Assembly: GCA_013333255.2 (NCBI GenBank)
Contig: JABCPE020000007.1
Coordinates: forward strand, 137,300 to 201,299
DNA from: Flavobacteriaceae bacterium
GTDB lineage: Bacteria; Bacteroidota; Bacteroidia; Flavobacteriales; Weeksellaceae
DNA: 64,000 nucleotides
Reading direction: 5' to 3'
Shown here: piece after piece, positions 17,405 to 26,091 of the stretch
How the letters are laid out: each line of letters starts with the position of its first letter
How positions within the stretch are numbered: the stretch's first letter is position 1
Translations under genes and position numbers: made by a program
Notes under the pieces: generated by a model
Database searches by the model: none
What the model saw: only the letters and a program-made list of their open reading frames with translations
What the model was told of the DNA's origin: nothing

Positions 17405-18731
17405 ATATTTCTGTATGTAGGTCAAACTCTTCAAGGTAGTCATTCACTCGTTTTAAGAACAATCCTCCAAGTGAGCCATCCACTACTCTATGGTCGTAGG
17501 AATGAGACATGAACATTTTTTGTCGTATTGCTATCACATCTCCTTGTGGAGTTTCTAAAACTGCTGGTTTTTTGACAATCGCTCCTATGGCCAATATCGC
17601 AACCTGCGGCTGTGGAATGATAGGTGTTCCCATAAGATTCCCGAAAGTCCCTATATTAGAAATAGTATAGGTAGCTCCTTGAATATCCTGCGGGCTAAGT
17701 TTTTTATTTCTTGCTTTATCCACCAAAGCATTTATAGCCTTCGCTAAACCACTTAGACTAAGCTGGTCAGCATTCTTAATAACAGGAACGATAAGGTTAC
17801 CATCTGGCAATGCTGTCGCTATTCCTATATTTATATTCTTTCTTTTGATGATTTTGTCTCCATCTACAGAGATGTTTATCATTGGGAAATCTTGTATCGC
17901 TTTTACTACAGCTCTCACGAAGATAGGCATGTAGGTAAGTTTCTCTCCTTCTCTCTTCTCAAATGAAGCCTTGTTTTTGGCTCTCCATTTTACGATGTTT
18001 GTAACATCTGTTTCTATAAACGAGCTTACATGCGGAGAAATCTGTTTGCTAAGCAGCATATTTTCAGCGATGATTTTTCTCATTCTATCCATTTGGATAA
18101 TTTCATCACCTTCATTAGCTGTCACAGCTGGTGCAGAAGCCTGAACTGGTTTCGGAGCTGATAATGCATTAGATTCTGCTGCTTTTGGCTGCTGTACAGT
18201 TTTCGCATTTCCTCTATTGCTGACAAATTCTAAAATATCTTCTTTCGTGATTCTGCCTTCCAGCCCTCTTCCTTGGATGCTTTTCAGCTCTTCTTCCGTT
18301 ATATTTTCTTCTTGGATAATAGACCTTACCAACGGCGAAAGATTCATTCCCTCTATGCTCACCGGCATAGAAACAGGCACGATTTTAAATGGCTCCTCCA
18401 AAAGGTCTACCACTTTATATTCTACTATTTCTTCTTTGTTTTCCTCTTCTTTTTCATCAGATTCTGGTTGAGCATCTGCTGTCTCCTCTCCTTGTATTTC
18501 TAATATTGCGATAGGTTCTCCCACTTTTGCAACTTGGTCTTTTTCTACCAAAATCTTAACGATTTTTCCAGAAACAGGTGTGGGAACATCAGAATCCACT
18601 TTATCCGTAGCGATTTCTACTACACTATCATCCTCAGCTACAAAATCTCCTTCTCTAAAAAGCCATTCTATAACGGTTGCCTCCATCACACCTTCTCCCA
18701 TGGAAGGTAATAACAATTTATATTCTGCCAT
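17403..18731 (-). CDS. Dihydrolipoamide acyltransferase, the E2 component of a 2-oxoacid dehydrogenase complex
   Basis: Lipoyl domain (EIATDKVDSDVP), a PSBD-like segment, and a catalytic domain with SHSYDHRVVDG. Confidence 0.9.
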   Translation of the reverse strand: MAEYKLLLPSMGEGVMEATVIEWLFREGDFVAEDDSVVEIATDKVDSDVPTPVSGKIVKILVEKDQVAKVGEPIAILEIQGEETADAQPESDEKEEENKEEIVEYKVVDLLEEPFKIVPVSMPVSIEGMNLSPLVRSIIQEENITEEELKSIQGRGLEGRITKEDILEFVSNRGNAKTVQQPKAAESNALSAPKPVQASAPAVTANEGDEIIQMDRMRKIIAENMLLSKQISPHVSSFIETDVTNIVKWRAKNKASFEKREGEKLTYMPIFVRAVVKAIQDFPMINISVDGDKIIKRKNINIGIATALPDGNLIVPVIKNADQLSLSGLAKAINALVDKARNKKLSPQDIQGATYTISNIGTFGNLMGTPIIPQPQVAILAIGAIVKKPAVLETPQGDVIAIRQKMFMSHSYDHRVVDGSLGGLFLKRVNDYLEEFDLHTEI

Positions 18732-18864
18732 AACTCTTTATTACAAACCACAAAGATAACATTTCTTATTGAATTTTTCTAATATCGCTTCTTAAAATTT
18801 GATTTTAAATGAATAAATGAGATATTTCATATTTCTAATTTTTAGTTAATCTAATAGGATTATC

Positions 18865-18872
18865 TAATTTTG
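18865..18872 (+). promoter_or_regulatory. Candidate -7 box (TAATTTTG)
   Basis: Matches TAnnTTTG, 22 nt upstream of the SulP ATG. Confidence 0.4.
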
Positions 18873-18894
18873 CAAATCTTTAAAAGTAAATTTC

Positions 18895-20400
18895 ATGAAC
18901 AAGATATTACAATTTTTCAACCTTGACCAAAAAATCAATTGGAGAATAGAAATTTTAGCTGGGCTTACCGTAGCGATGACCATGATTCCAGAGTCTCTTT
19001 CTTTTGCTATTTTAGCAGGTTTTCCGCCTCTTTCTGGGCTTTATGCGGCATTCATCGCTGGATTGGTAGCGGCTATGTTTGGCGGCAGACCTGGGCTCAT
19101 TTCGGGCGGGGCTGGGGCTACTGTGGTCACGCTCATTGGACTTATAAAACTTCATGGTTTAGACTATGCCTTTGCAGCAGTGGCGATGGCTGGGGTTATT
19201 CAGCTGATTGTGGGAATTTTTAAATGGGCTAAATACATTCGCCTCGTTCCAAGTTCGGTGATGTATGGTTTTGTAAATGGTTTAGCGGTGATTATTTTTT
19301 CGGCTCAGCTGGAACAATTCAAAACTGCTGCACCAGATGGACAAATGGAATGGCTCACAGGAACACCGATGATGATAATGGCTGGGCTGGTGGCGCTTAC
19401 TATACTGATTACTTGGCTTTTCCCTAAAATCTCAAAAGCAGTTCCTTCGTCATTGATGGCGATTATCGTAGTATTTACGATTGTTTTAGTTTTCGGAATT
19501 GAAACCAAAACCGTGGGCGATATCTCTCCTATCAGTGGTTCTCTTCCGCCATTTCATATTCCAAATATTCCTCTGACTTGGGAAACTTTCATGATTATTC
19601 TTCCTGCTGGGGCTATAGTCGCTGCTGTGGGGCTTACAGAGGGACTTTTGACTCTAAATCTCGTTGATGAAATCACGGAAACCAAAGGAAATGGCTCTAG
19701 AGAAAGCCTTGCGCAAGGGGCTTCTAACATTCTGAACGGCTTTTTCTCAGGGATGGGAGGCTGTCCTATGATTGCCCAGACTCTGGTAAATCTCAATGCT
19801 GGTTCTAGAAGCAGAGTTTCTGGGGTTATCGCGGCTCTGGCTATTCTTATGATTATCCTCATTGCGGCTCCTATTATCGAGAAAATCCCTATGGCAGCGC
19901 TTACTGGGGTAATGATGGTAGTTGCATTTTTAACCTTTAAATGGTCTAGTTTTAAGATTTTAAATAAAATGCCAAAAACTGATGTTTTCATCATCATTTT
20001 AGTAACTGCTATTACCATCATTACGCATAATTTAGCAGTGGCAGTTCTGACAGGAATCATCATCTCTGGACTGAATTTTACTTGGCAAAAAGCCAATGAA
20101 CTCAGCGTAAATACTGAAACCAATGGCACTGAGAAAATCTATCATCTAAACTCTGACTTGTTCTTCGGAGCGGTGGCTTCTTTTGAAGGTATTTTTGATA
20201 TAAAAAACGACCCAAAAACAGTGGTTATTGACTTCAAAAACAGCGAAATAAAGGATATGAGCGCACTAGAATCTTTAGCCAAAATGACCAATAAATACGC
20301 TAGTCTGGATAAAGTTTTGTACCTAAAAAATCTAAATGAAAATTCTAAAAAAAGAGTAGAAAAAGCCAAACCTGTTATTGAATTAAATTTATTGGGCTAA
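18895..20400 (+). CDS. SulP-family anion transporter with a C-terminal STAS domain
   Basis: Multi-TM core (IPESLSFAILAGFPP), then a soluble STAS-like tail (IYHLNSDLFFGAV...). Confidence 0.9.
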   Translation: MNKILQFFNLDQKINWRIEILAGLTVAMTMIPESLSFAILAGFPPLSGLYAAFIAGLVAAMFGGRPGLISGGAGATVVTLIGLIKLHGLDYAFAAVAMAGVIQLIVGIFKWAKYIRLVPSSVMYGFVNGLAVIIFSAQLEQFKTAAPDGQMEWLTGTPMMIMAGLVALTILITWLFPKISKAVPSSLMAIIVVFTIVLVFGIETKTVGDISPISGSLPPFHIPNIPLTWETFMIILPAGAIVAAVGLTEGLLTLNLVDEITETKGNGSRESLAQGASNILNGFFSGMGGCPMIAQTLVNLNAGSRSRVSGVIAALAILMIILIAAPIIEKIPMAALTGVMMVVAFLTFKWSSFKILNKMPKTDVFIIILVTAITIITHNLAVAVLTGIIISGLNFTWQKANELSVNTETNGTEKIYHLNSDLFFGAVASFEGIFDIKNDPKTVVIDFKNSEIKDMSALESLAKMTNKYASLDKVLYLKNLNENSKKRVEKAKPVIELNLLG

Positions 20401-20428
20401 AATAGGTTTCAAATTTTATCTTTTTGCT

Positions 20429-20436
20429 TACCTTTG
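20429..20436 (+). promoter_or_regulatory. Candidate -7 box (TACCTTTG)
   Basis: Matches TAnnTTTG, 15 nt upstream of the ATG at 20452. Confidence 0.4.
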
Positions 20437-20451
20437 TAAAAATTTGTAGAA

Positions 20452-20988
20452 ATGAAAAAATTAGCTAAATATGCATTGTTCGCCCTTACAGTAGTGTCTG
20501 CCACGGCTTGTTTCAATGAGAAAAAAGTATACAATAGAAGCACAGTATCTGAAAAACATGGTAAAATGCTCCTTGGAAGACAGACCAGAGACCAACTGAA
20601 ACAAGAGCCTTTCAATGCGTGGTATGAGGAGGAATACAAGAGTTATGAATACGACCCTCAGACCATCAAAGAACTTCAAAAAAAGAACTTAACGAGTCAT
20701 AATATCATCGTGTTTTTTGGGACTTGGTGTGGAGACTCACATAGAGAAGTGCCTAGATTGCTGAAAATTTTGGATGCGGTGAAATACCCTGAACAAAGGC
20801 TGACTCTGGTAGCCGTAAACAGAAAAAAGGAAACTCCTGATGGAGAGGATGTCCCTTACAACCTCAAAAGAGTGCCTACTATAATTGTCCAAAATAAATA
20901 TGACAAAGAAGTGGGAAGAATCATAGAATCTCCAAACAGCGGTTCTTTGGAAAATGATTTATTAGAAATCTTAAACAAAAGCAAATAA
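20452..20988 (+). CDS. Thioredoxin-fold lipoprotein
   Basis: Signal peptide with a lipobox (LTVVSATAC). The thioredoxin-like motif is FFGTWCGDSHREVP. Confidence 0.8.
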   Translation: MKKLAKYALFALTVVSATACFNEKKVYNRSTVSEKHGKMLLGRQTRDQLKQEPFNAWYEEEYKSYEYDPQTIKELQKKNLTSHNIIVFFGTWCGDSHREVPRLLKILDAVKYPEQRLTLVAVNRKKETPDGEDVPYNLKRVPTIIVQNKYDKEVGRIIESPNSGSLENDLLEILNKSK

Positions 20989-20991
20989 GCA

Positions 20992-21600
20992 TTGAAAAAT
21001 TCTTATAAAAATATTTTCGTTTTTCTATTTGGTGCTTTATTCGCCTATTTATTGGTCTTTTTCTTCCAAAAAAACACAGAAAAAGAGGCAGAAGCTATCA
21101 ATAAGGACTACTATATCCTTAGCAATCAGATAGAAAAAATGAACAAAATGATAGTCTTAGAGCAGAACTTTTCTAGTTTCCAAACTCATAAAAGTTCTGC
21201 CTTTGAACTTGGCGGCGTGAAGTTTCTTTCCAAAGAAATGGTGCTCTATACTACGGCAAAAGCGCAGGTGACTTATGATTTAAAGAAACTAAAAATAGAA
21301 GTGGATTCTACGAATAAAAAACTAATCATAAAGGAAATCCCTGAAGCTGAAATCAAAATTTATCCTGATGTGAAAATTCATTTTATGGATGATTATGCTG
21401 TGAATAGATTTTCTAAAGCCGACCTAAATAACATCATGGAATCTGCAAAGAAAAATATGACTAACAGCATTAATCAGACCAAGCTAAAAGAGGAAGGAAG
21501 GCAACAGCTGATTTCCAACCTGCAGGATATTTTTGTATTGGCTAAATCCCTAAACTACACCATAGAGGACGAAACCAAAACTTTACCCGAAATTTTATAG
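20992..21600 (+). CDS. DUF4230-like membrane-anchored protein (TTG start)
   Basis: Single N-terminal TM segment. The ORF begins with TTG just after the upstream stop. The family call is from memory only. Confidence 0.55.
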   Translation: MKNSYKNIFVFLFGALFAYLLVFFFQKNTEKEAEAINKDYYILSNQIEKMNKMIVLEQNFSSFQTHKSSAFELGGVKFLSKEMVLYTTAKAQVTYDLKKLKIEVDSTNKKLIIKEIPEAEIKIYPDVKIHFMDDYAVNRFSKADLNNIMESAKKNMTNSINQTKLKEEGRQQLISNLQDIFVLAKSLNYTIEDETKTLPEIL

Positions 21601-22284
21601 TTTAAATTTCAGCAGATATTCTTTGGTTTCGGTGGAAATTCTCCTGCTTTCTCTTGCTTTTTGAATGGTTTTGTTCTGCACAAAAGGCGGCAAGATCTTG
21701 GCTTCTATCAGTGGCATAGTCGCTTCATACTGCTTCGCAAGAGCCGTTGCGAAATACCAAGCGAGCATCATATTCACATAGTATTCCTCGGATTTCACCT
21801 CAGAAACCAGCTGGAGCATCTCTTTTTGGAAATGCTCATCCAGATAATTGGAAAGCAGCAGCCCTACGGCATATCTTATCGTATAAATTTTATCGCTTTT
21901 TATCCATTTTTGGATGTATTCATAGACTTCCTTGGGATATTTTTGGAAGATTTTAGGAGAAAATACATCACAAACCGCCCAGTTATCCACGAATGGAAGA
22001 AAAGCCTCTGTATGCTCCACGGCACTTTGGAAATCTTTTATCTGCTCAATAAGAAAGCCATGCAGGAGATTTTCTTCATAATAATCGTGTGGCAGGTCGC
22101 TGAGAAACTCCTCCACCGCGAGTTTATCTTTATAAAATTCTTTGGCAAATTTCCGTAAAATAGGAACACGAATGCCGATGATTTTTTCTTTGTCCACATT
22201 GGGAATGAGTTTCGCGGTGAAATCTCTGTATTCCTTGTCCTGTAAAGCGAAAAGCTCTTTTTGTAAAGGATTCTCAATAATCAT
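21595..22284 (-). CDS. DNA alkylation repair protein (AlkD-like HEAT repeats)
   Basis: VDNWAVCDVF and IRYAVGLL motifs; all-helical, 229 aa. Confidence 0.85.
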   Translation of the reverse strand: MIIENPLQKELFALQDKEYRDFTAKLIPNVDKEKIIGIRVPILRKFAKEFYKDKLAVEEFLSDLPHDYYEENLLHGFLIEQIKDFQSAVEHTEAFLPFVDNWAVCDVFSPKIFQKYPKEVYEYIQKWIKSDKIYTIRYAVGLLLSNYLDEHFQKEMLQLVSEVKSEEYYVNMMLAWYFATALAKQYEATMPLIEAKILPPFVQNKTIQKARESRRISTETKEYLLKFKL

Positions 22285-22310
22285 TTGATAATTTTTCTAT
22301 ATTTAATTAA

Positions 22311-22427
22311 TTATTTTCTTCCAATATCTTTATTATTTTTAGCATAACTTAGCCTTACATTACCGAGATGGTCGGTATAGTTGTAGACATATCTTTGTTT
22401 TACAAAGTCATAATAGTCTTCTGCTGG
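22311..22427 (-). pseudogene. Fragment of an Rhs/YD-repeat core (38 codons with no start codon)
   Basis: The minus-strand translation is PAEDYYDFVKQRYVYNYTDHLGNVRLSYAKNNKDIGRK*. Y-x-Y-x-x-DHLGNVR is the conserved Rhs-core signature, and the usual continuation (..YYPFGL..) is missing. Confidence 0.5.
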
Positions 22428-22850
22428 TTACTTTTTATGATATTTACCATCATATTTGATGAAAATTATTAAATTGTCATATTGATTTCTCATGATAATT
22501 GTATCTTCGACATAATAAATAACTTTTTGTGTCCATCTTTCATATTTTCCTCCTAAATTCTTCATATAAAAAGTAATTACATTATTCTTTATCTTCCATT
22601 GGTTTTCTTTATTATCTAAATCGGTTCTCTTTACTAATTCCCCTGTTTTTAAATAATGAGTATATTCATATTTAGTTCCATTCGTAAAGTATTCCTCTAC
22701 AGAATACGGATTATATCTTCTATCTTTAAATAACTCTGACACATACCATTTTGTCCCATTTTCTGATGATATTATTTTTATTATCTTATCTTCTTCACTC
22801 TTACAAGATAGCAATATAAAACTAATTATGAGCATTTTCAATATCTTCAT
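22428..22850 (-). CDS. Small lipoprotein (140 aa)
   Basis: MKILKMLIISFILLSC is a signal peptide plus lipobox. No other motif recognised. Confidence 0.55.
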   Translation of the reverse strand: MKILKMLIISFILLSCKSEEDKIIKIISSENGTKWYVSELFKDRRYNPYSVEEYFTNGTKYEYTHYLKTGELVKRTDLDNKENQWKIKNNVITFYMKNLGGKYERWTQKVIYYVEDTIIMRNQYDNLIIFIKYDGKYHKK

Positions 22851-23073
22851 AAGTCTGATATTTTTGTTTATTTCCTTTGGTAAAGCCGTGTTTTATGATT
22901 TTGCCGCTACAATAAGAACAACCTGTCCACACATCTGGAACACGAGGAATGAAACTCAGTCATATACATCATTATTTTTGTGCAAAATATAGATAGGCTA
23001 TTGCCCATCTATATTATGGTTTTTATATTATTATGTTAGTTCTGTTTATCAGATAGTTATATATTATTTATAA

Positions 23074-23175
23074 TTAAAAACAACACATCTGGAACATTAC
23101 CATTAATATTTCTTTTTTATGGCTTGTACAGCTTAATATTGATAAAATTACAGCTGTAAATAGTATTTTATACAT
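23074..23175 (-). pseudogene. Truncated lipoprotein stub (33 codons)
   Basis: MYKILFTAVILSILSCTSHKKE... ends after 33 aa, leaving only the signal peptide and lipobox. Confidence 0.3.
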
Positions 23176-23206
23176 AGTTAGTTTTTATTTGATTTTTTTT
23201 ATAAAA

Positions 23207-23683
23207 TCAATTGAATATATATTTTGAGAAAATAGGATTTATAGTTGTTTCATATTTTTTATCTACAATGACAATTTTAGGGAATTCAATGGTTATCAAG
23301 TGGCATAAATTCGTATCTCTACAATTTTTTTGAATTTTTATAAAATCTCCTCTTTTAGTAAAAATTATTTTATTATTAGGCTTAGTTTTAGGTCTAAAAA
23401 ATATAGATATATTGATGAATTTTTCATCAGAGATAACCTGAGCCAAATTGATTTTAAGCTTTTCATTTTGGATTTTTATATCGATGTTTAGGCATCTATT
23501 ATCTACTTTGAATAAGTTAGGTTCAACTTGCTCACTTTCTTCTGTACAACAAAAGACTTGAATATTGCTATCCTGAGGGATATTGTTGTTTATTTGATTG
23601 ATATATAAATATTTATAATCTATTTGTGCATAACAAATAAAAGAGTATAATAGAACTATAGAAGCAATAATTTGTTTAGTCAT
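23207..23683 (-). CDS. Exported hypothetical protein (158 aa)
   Basis: Signal peptide MTKQIIASIVLLYSFICYAQ. Very AT-rich. Confidence 0.5.
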   Translation of the reverse strand: MTKQIIASIVLLYSFICYAQIDYKYLYINQINNNIPQDSNIQVFCCTEESEQVEPNLFKVDNRCLNIDIKIQNEKLKINLAQVISDEKFINISIFFRPKTKPNNKIIFTKRGDFIKIQKNCRDTNLCHLITIEFPKIVIVDKKYETTINPIFSKYIFN

Positions 23684-23694
23684 AAATATTAGGT

Positions 23695-24141
23695 TTAATT
23701 ATGTTCAGGGTCTGAAGATGATCTTTGAGGTATATTAAGAATCTCTCTTACAGTATTTTCTTCTTCAATAACATTTTTTTGATTTCTTCCCTCATAAATA
23801 GTATGAGCAATTTCATGAATCAGTGTTGCTTCAGCACTTTTAGGTGTAGTTATAACTTTCTTATTTTGAAATATCACTTCGTGAGCTTTTCCGCACTTAG
23901 TGCCATCTGGGCAACTTTGGGCACCAGTTACAAGGTTTCCATTTGTATCTTGATATATATATGTTTCATTATACAGAGGAATATCTGTAAGATTTTGAGG
24001 GTCCATTAGAATAGTAGCATTTACTATCTTATGATTTTCATTTGTTTTTTGTATTGTATATTGGGAGACTTTTCCATCTTCAATATTTAAAGAGTACTGA
24101 TTTTGTGATGGTAAAGGTAGAATATTAATCTTGATAGCCAA
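23695..24141 (-). CDS. Hypothetical protein with an HExxH zincin-like motif (148 aa, TTG start in the ORF track)
   Basis: ATLIHEIAHTIYEG contains HEIAH. No ATG start, and an in-frame TAG lies 4 codons upstream of the TTG. No signal peptide. Confidence 0.4.
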   Translation of the reverse strand: MAIKINILPLPSQNQYSLNIEDGKVSQYTIQKTNENHKIVNATILMDPQNLTDIPLYNETYIYQDTNGNLVTGAQSCPDGTKCGKAHEVIFQNKKVITTPKSAEATLIHEIAHTIYEGRNQKNVIEEENTVREILNIPQRSSSDPEHN

Positions 24142-24203
24142 AGCTGATTTCTACTAATTTTTTATTTATAAAGATATATTTACTTTCGTAGATATCATCC
24201 TCT

Positions 24204-24722
24204 CTATTGAAAGTAAATTATAGTATCTTTTATTATTTTTCGTTTTAAGTTTAAATCTTTATATCTACTAAGAAAATCTTGCTCTTTCATATATAAAAAA
24301 GCTCCTTTATTTGTTTGAAAAAAAATATCTGGAAGAATAATTAATTTAGTTTGATATTCTTTAGGAACTTCTTCTAATATAAAAAAGTAATTATATTCAT
24401 TCTTTGCTCCACCATATGCTCTTCTTATTTCTAAATATTGAGTTTTGTTTTTATTAGATAGTATTACGCACTCTCCCTTATCATAATCTTCAATTATATA
24501 TGAGCTAATATCACCTAATTGATTTAAAATACTATTACTATCCGCTAAAGTAATTCTGTTAACGGAACTGTCAATAGATAAGTCATTGGAAGTATAATGA
24601 TTAAAATGAGCTTGTTTATCTACTTTATTACAAGATAAGATAAATAATGTAAATATAATTATAATTATAATTATAATTATATTATTGACCGATAGATTTA
24701 TTTGCTTTACCATGGTTGCCAT
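24204..24722 (-). CDS. Lipoprotein with a poly-Ile signal peptide (172 aa)
   Basis: NNIIIIIIIIIFTLFILSCNK. The Ile run is encoded by the ATAATT repeat. Confidence 0.5.
   Translation of the reverse strand: MATMVKQINLSVNNIIIIIIIIIFTLFILSCNKVDKQAHFNHYTSNDLSIDSSVNRITLADSNSILNQLGDISSYIIEDYDKGECVILSNKNKTQYLEIRRAYGGAKNEYNYFFILEEVPKEYQTKLIILPDIFFQTNKGAFLYMKEQDFLSRYKDLNLKRKIIKDTIIYFQ
24655..24680. repeat. Hexanucleotide tandem repeat, (ATAATT)x4 plus a partial unit
   Basis: Read directly. It is in-frame (two Ile per unit) within the 24204..24722 ORF. Confidence 0.9.
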
Positions 24723-24940
24723 AATTGGGATTATTAGGAATTTGAAAATTGAACTTCATAGTTTTACCATCCTTTATATAGTTATTAAAGAAATCTCCTT
24801 GATAATTACCCCTATTAAAAGTAATATTAAAAATACTCTTCTTTTCATAATTATATCTATTTTTAACTTTATTGGAGTCTGTATTTTATCATATATAGAT
24901 TGTGTTACATGATCTCTCTTAATTTCATTATTTTGTATAT

Positions 24941-25507
24941 TTATTTATCCAAATCAACAAAACTGACTTTCTTCTCAAAAAATCTATATCCCAAAACAGC
25001 GATGCTAACGCCTATTACCAGTCCCACAGCCACATCCGTAGGGAAATGCACCGCCAGATACATCCTGCTGAATGCATAAGGCACCGCCCAAAGATAAACC
25101 CAAAACGCCCATCGCAAAACGCTTCTCAACACTAAATAAAGAAAAGTGCAGATAGCAAAACTATTGCTGGTATGCCCTGAAAAAAAGCTATATCCTTTTT
25201 CCGTAGTAATGATTCTAAGATAAGGTATCAGCTCCTCATTATGCAAAGGACGAAGCCGCTGTACCAGTTCCTTGGTTCCTGTGGTCATCAGAGCAGTGAA
25301 CAAAAAGGTCAGCGAGAAACAAATCAAAATCCATTTCACCTCTCTTTTAGAAAAATATCTAAATACTAAAAAAAGAATCAGCACATAAAACGGAATCCAG
25401 TTCCATGCATCCGTAATGGTCAGCCAAAAACTATCCCACTCTACACTGCCTGTCTGATTGATAAAAATCAACAACTGATGGTCTAAATCTATAATACGCT
25501 CTATCAT
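24941..25507 (-). CDS. PAP2-family phosphatase (membrane)
   Basis: Three PAP2 motifs: KELVQRLRP, SFFSGHT, SRMYLAVHFPTDV. Confidence 0.85.
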   Translation of the reverse strand: MIERIIDLDHQLLIFINQTGSVEWDSFWLTITDAWNWIPFYVLILFLVFRYFSKREVKWILICFSLTFLFTALMTTGTKELVQRLRPLHNEELIPYLRIITTEKGYSFFSGHTSNSFAICTFLYLVLRSVLRWAFWVYLWAVPYAFSRMYLAVHFPTDVAVGLVIGVSIAVLGYRFFEKKVSFVDLDK

Positions 25508-25511
25508 TTTA

Positions 25512-25544
25512 TTAAAAAAAGGAGGCTATTTATACCGCCTCCTT
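25512..25544 (-). terminator. Rho-independent terminator
   Basis: AAGGAGGC (25519-25526) pairs with GCCTCCTT (25537-25544). On the minus strand it is followed by T7. Confidence 0.75.
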
Positions 25545-25564
25545 GTAAGTTTTTTATTTATGAA

Positions 25565-26035
25565 TTAACTTTCCCAGTCAATAGCGCGGATTTCCCCATT
25601 TAGGTCATACTTCACGGCAAGGATTTCATCGCTTTCCTCTGGGCGTATCATATAGTCTATTACTACCTCACCTATTGAACCCTCATAAACGGAATACCAC
25701 AACCCAATGGTTTCTATCTGCATCTCCGCAACGAAATCATCCACATTTTCAGGAATATTCTCTAATTCTTCTGCATGAAAATTCATGTATTCAGGTTCCT
25801 CCTCTAAATAGACTTTCAAGGCTTTACGGGCTTTTTCATCCACTGCATCAAAGTCTTTTAGGAATTTTTCAAATGAATCCAGCCTTTCTATGGACAAATC
25901 ATCCTCTCCACAGAACCAAAAAAATACAATTATATTCCCGTTCTTGTAAGGAATATTTTCTTCCCACAATACATCATAATCATCCAGCCCTTCCGTATTT
26001 AATTCTCCAAAATACGCATGCTTTAAGTGTTTCAT
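25565..26035 (-). CDS. Acidic cytoplasmic hypothetical protein (156 aa), DUF2004-like
   Basis: Clear ORF. The resemblance to DUF2004 (ERLDSFEKFLKDFDAVDEKARKAL...) is from memory and weak. Confidence 0.5.
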   Translation of the reverse strand: MKHLKHAYFGELNTEGLDDYDVLWEENIPYKNGNIIVFFWFCGEDDLSIERLDSFEKFLKDFDAVDEKARKALKVYLEEEPEYMNFHAEELENIPENVDDFVAEMQIETIGLWYSVYEGSIGEVVIDYMIRPEESDEILAVKYDLNGEIRAIDWES

Positions 26036-26091
26036 AAATTATTTGTTTAAAATTATTTCTTTTGAAATGTAAATAATTTCCTGCCTCTTGC

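Noticed and set aside
24655-24690. ATAATT repeats considered as a CRISPR-like or minisatellite array
   Set aside because: There are only four 6-bp units with no spacers, lying inside a coding region. This is a simple sequence repeat, not CRISPR.
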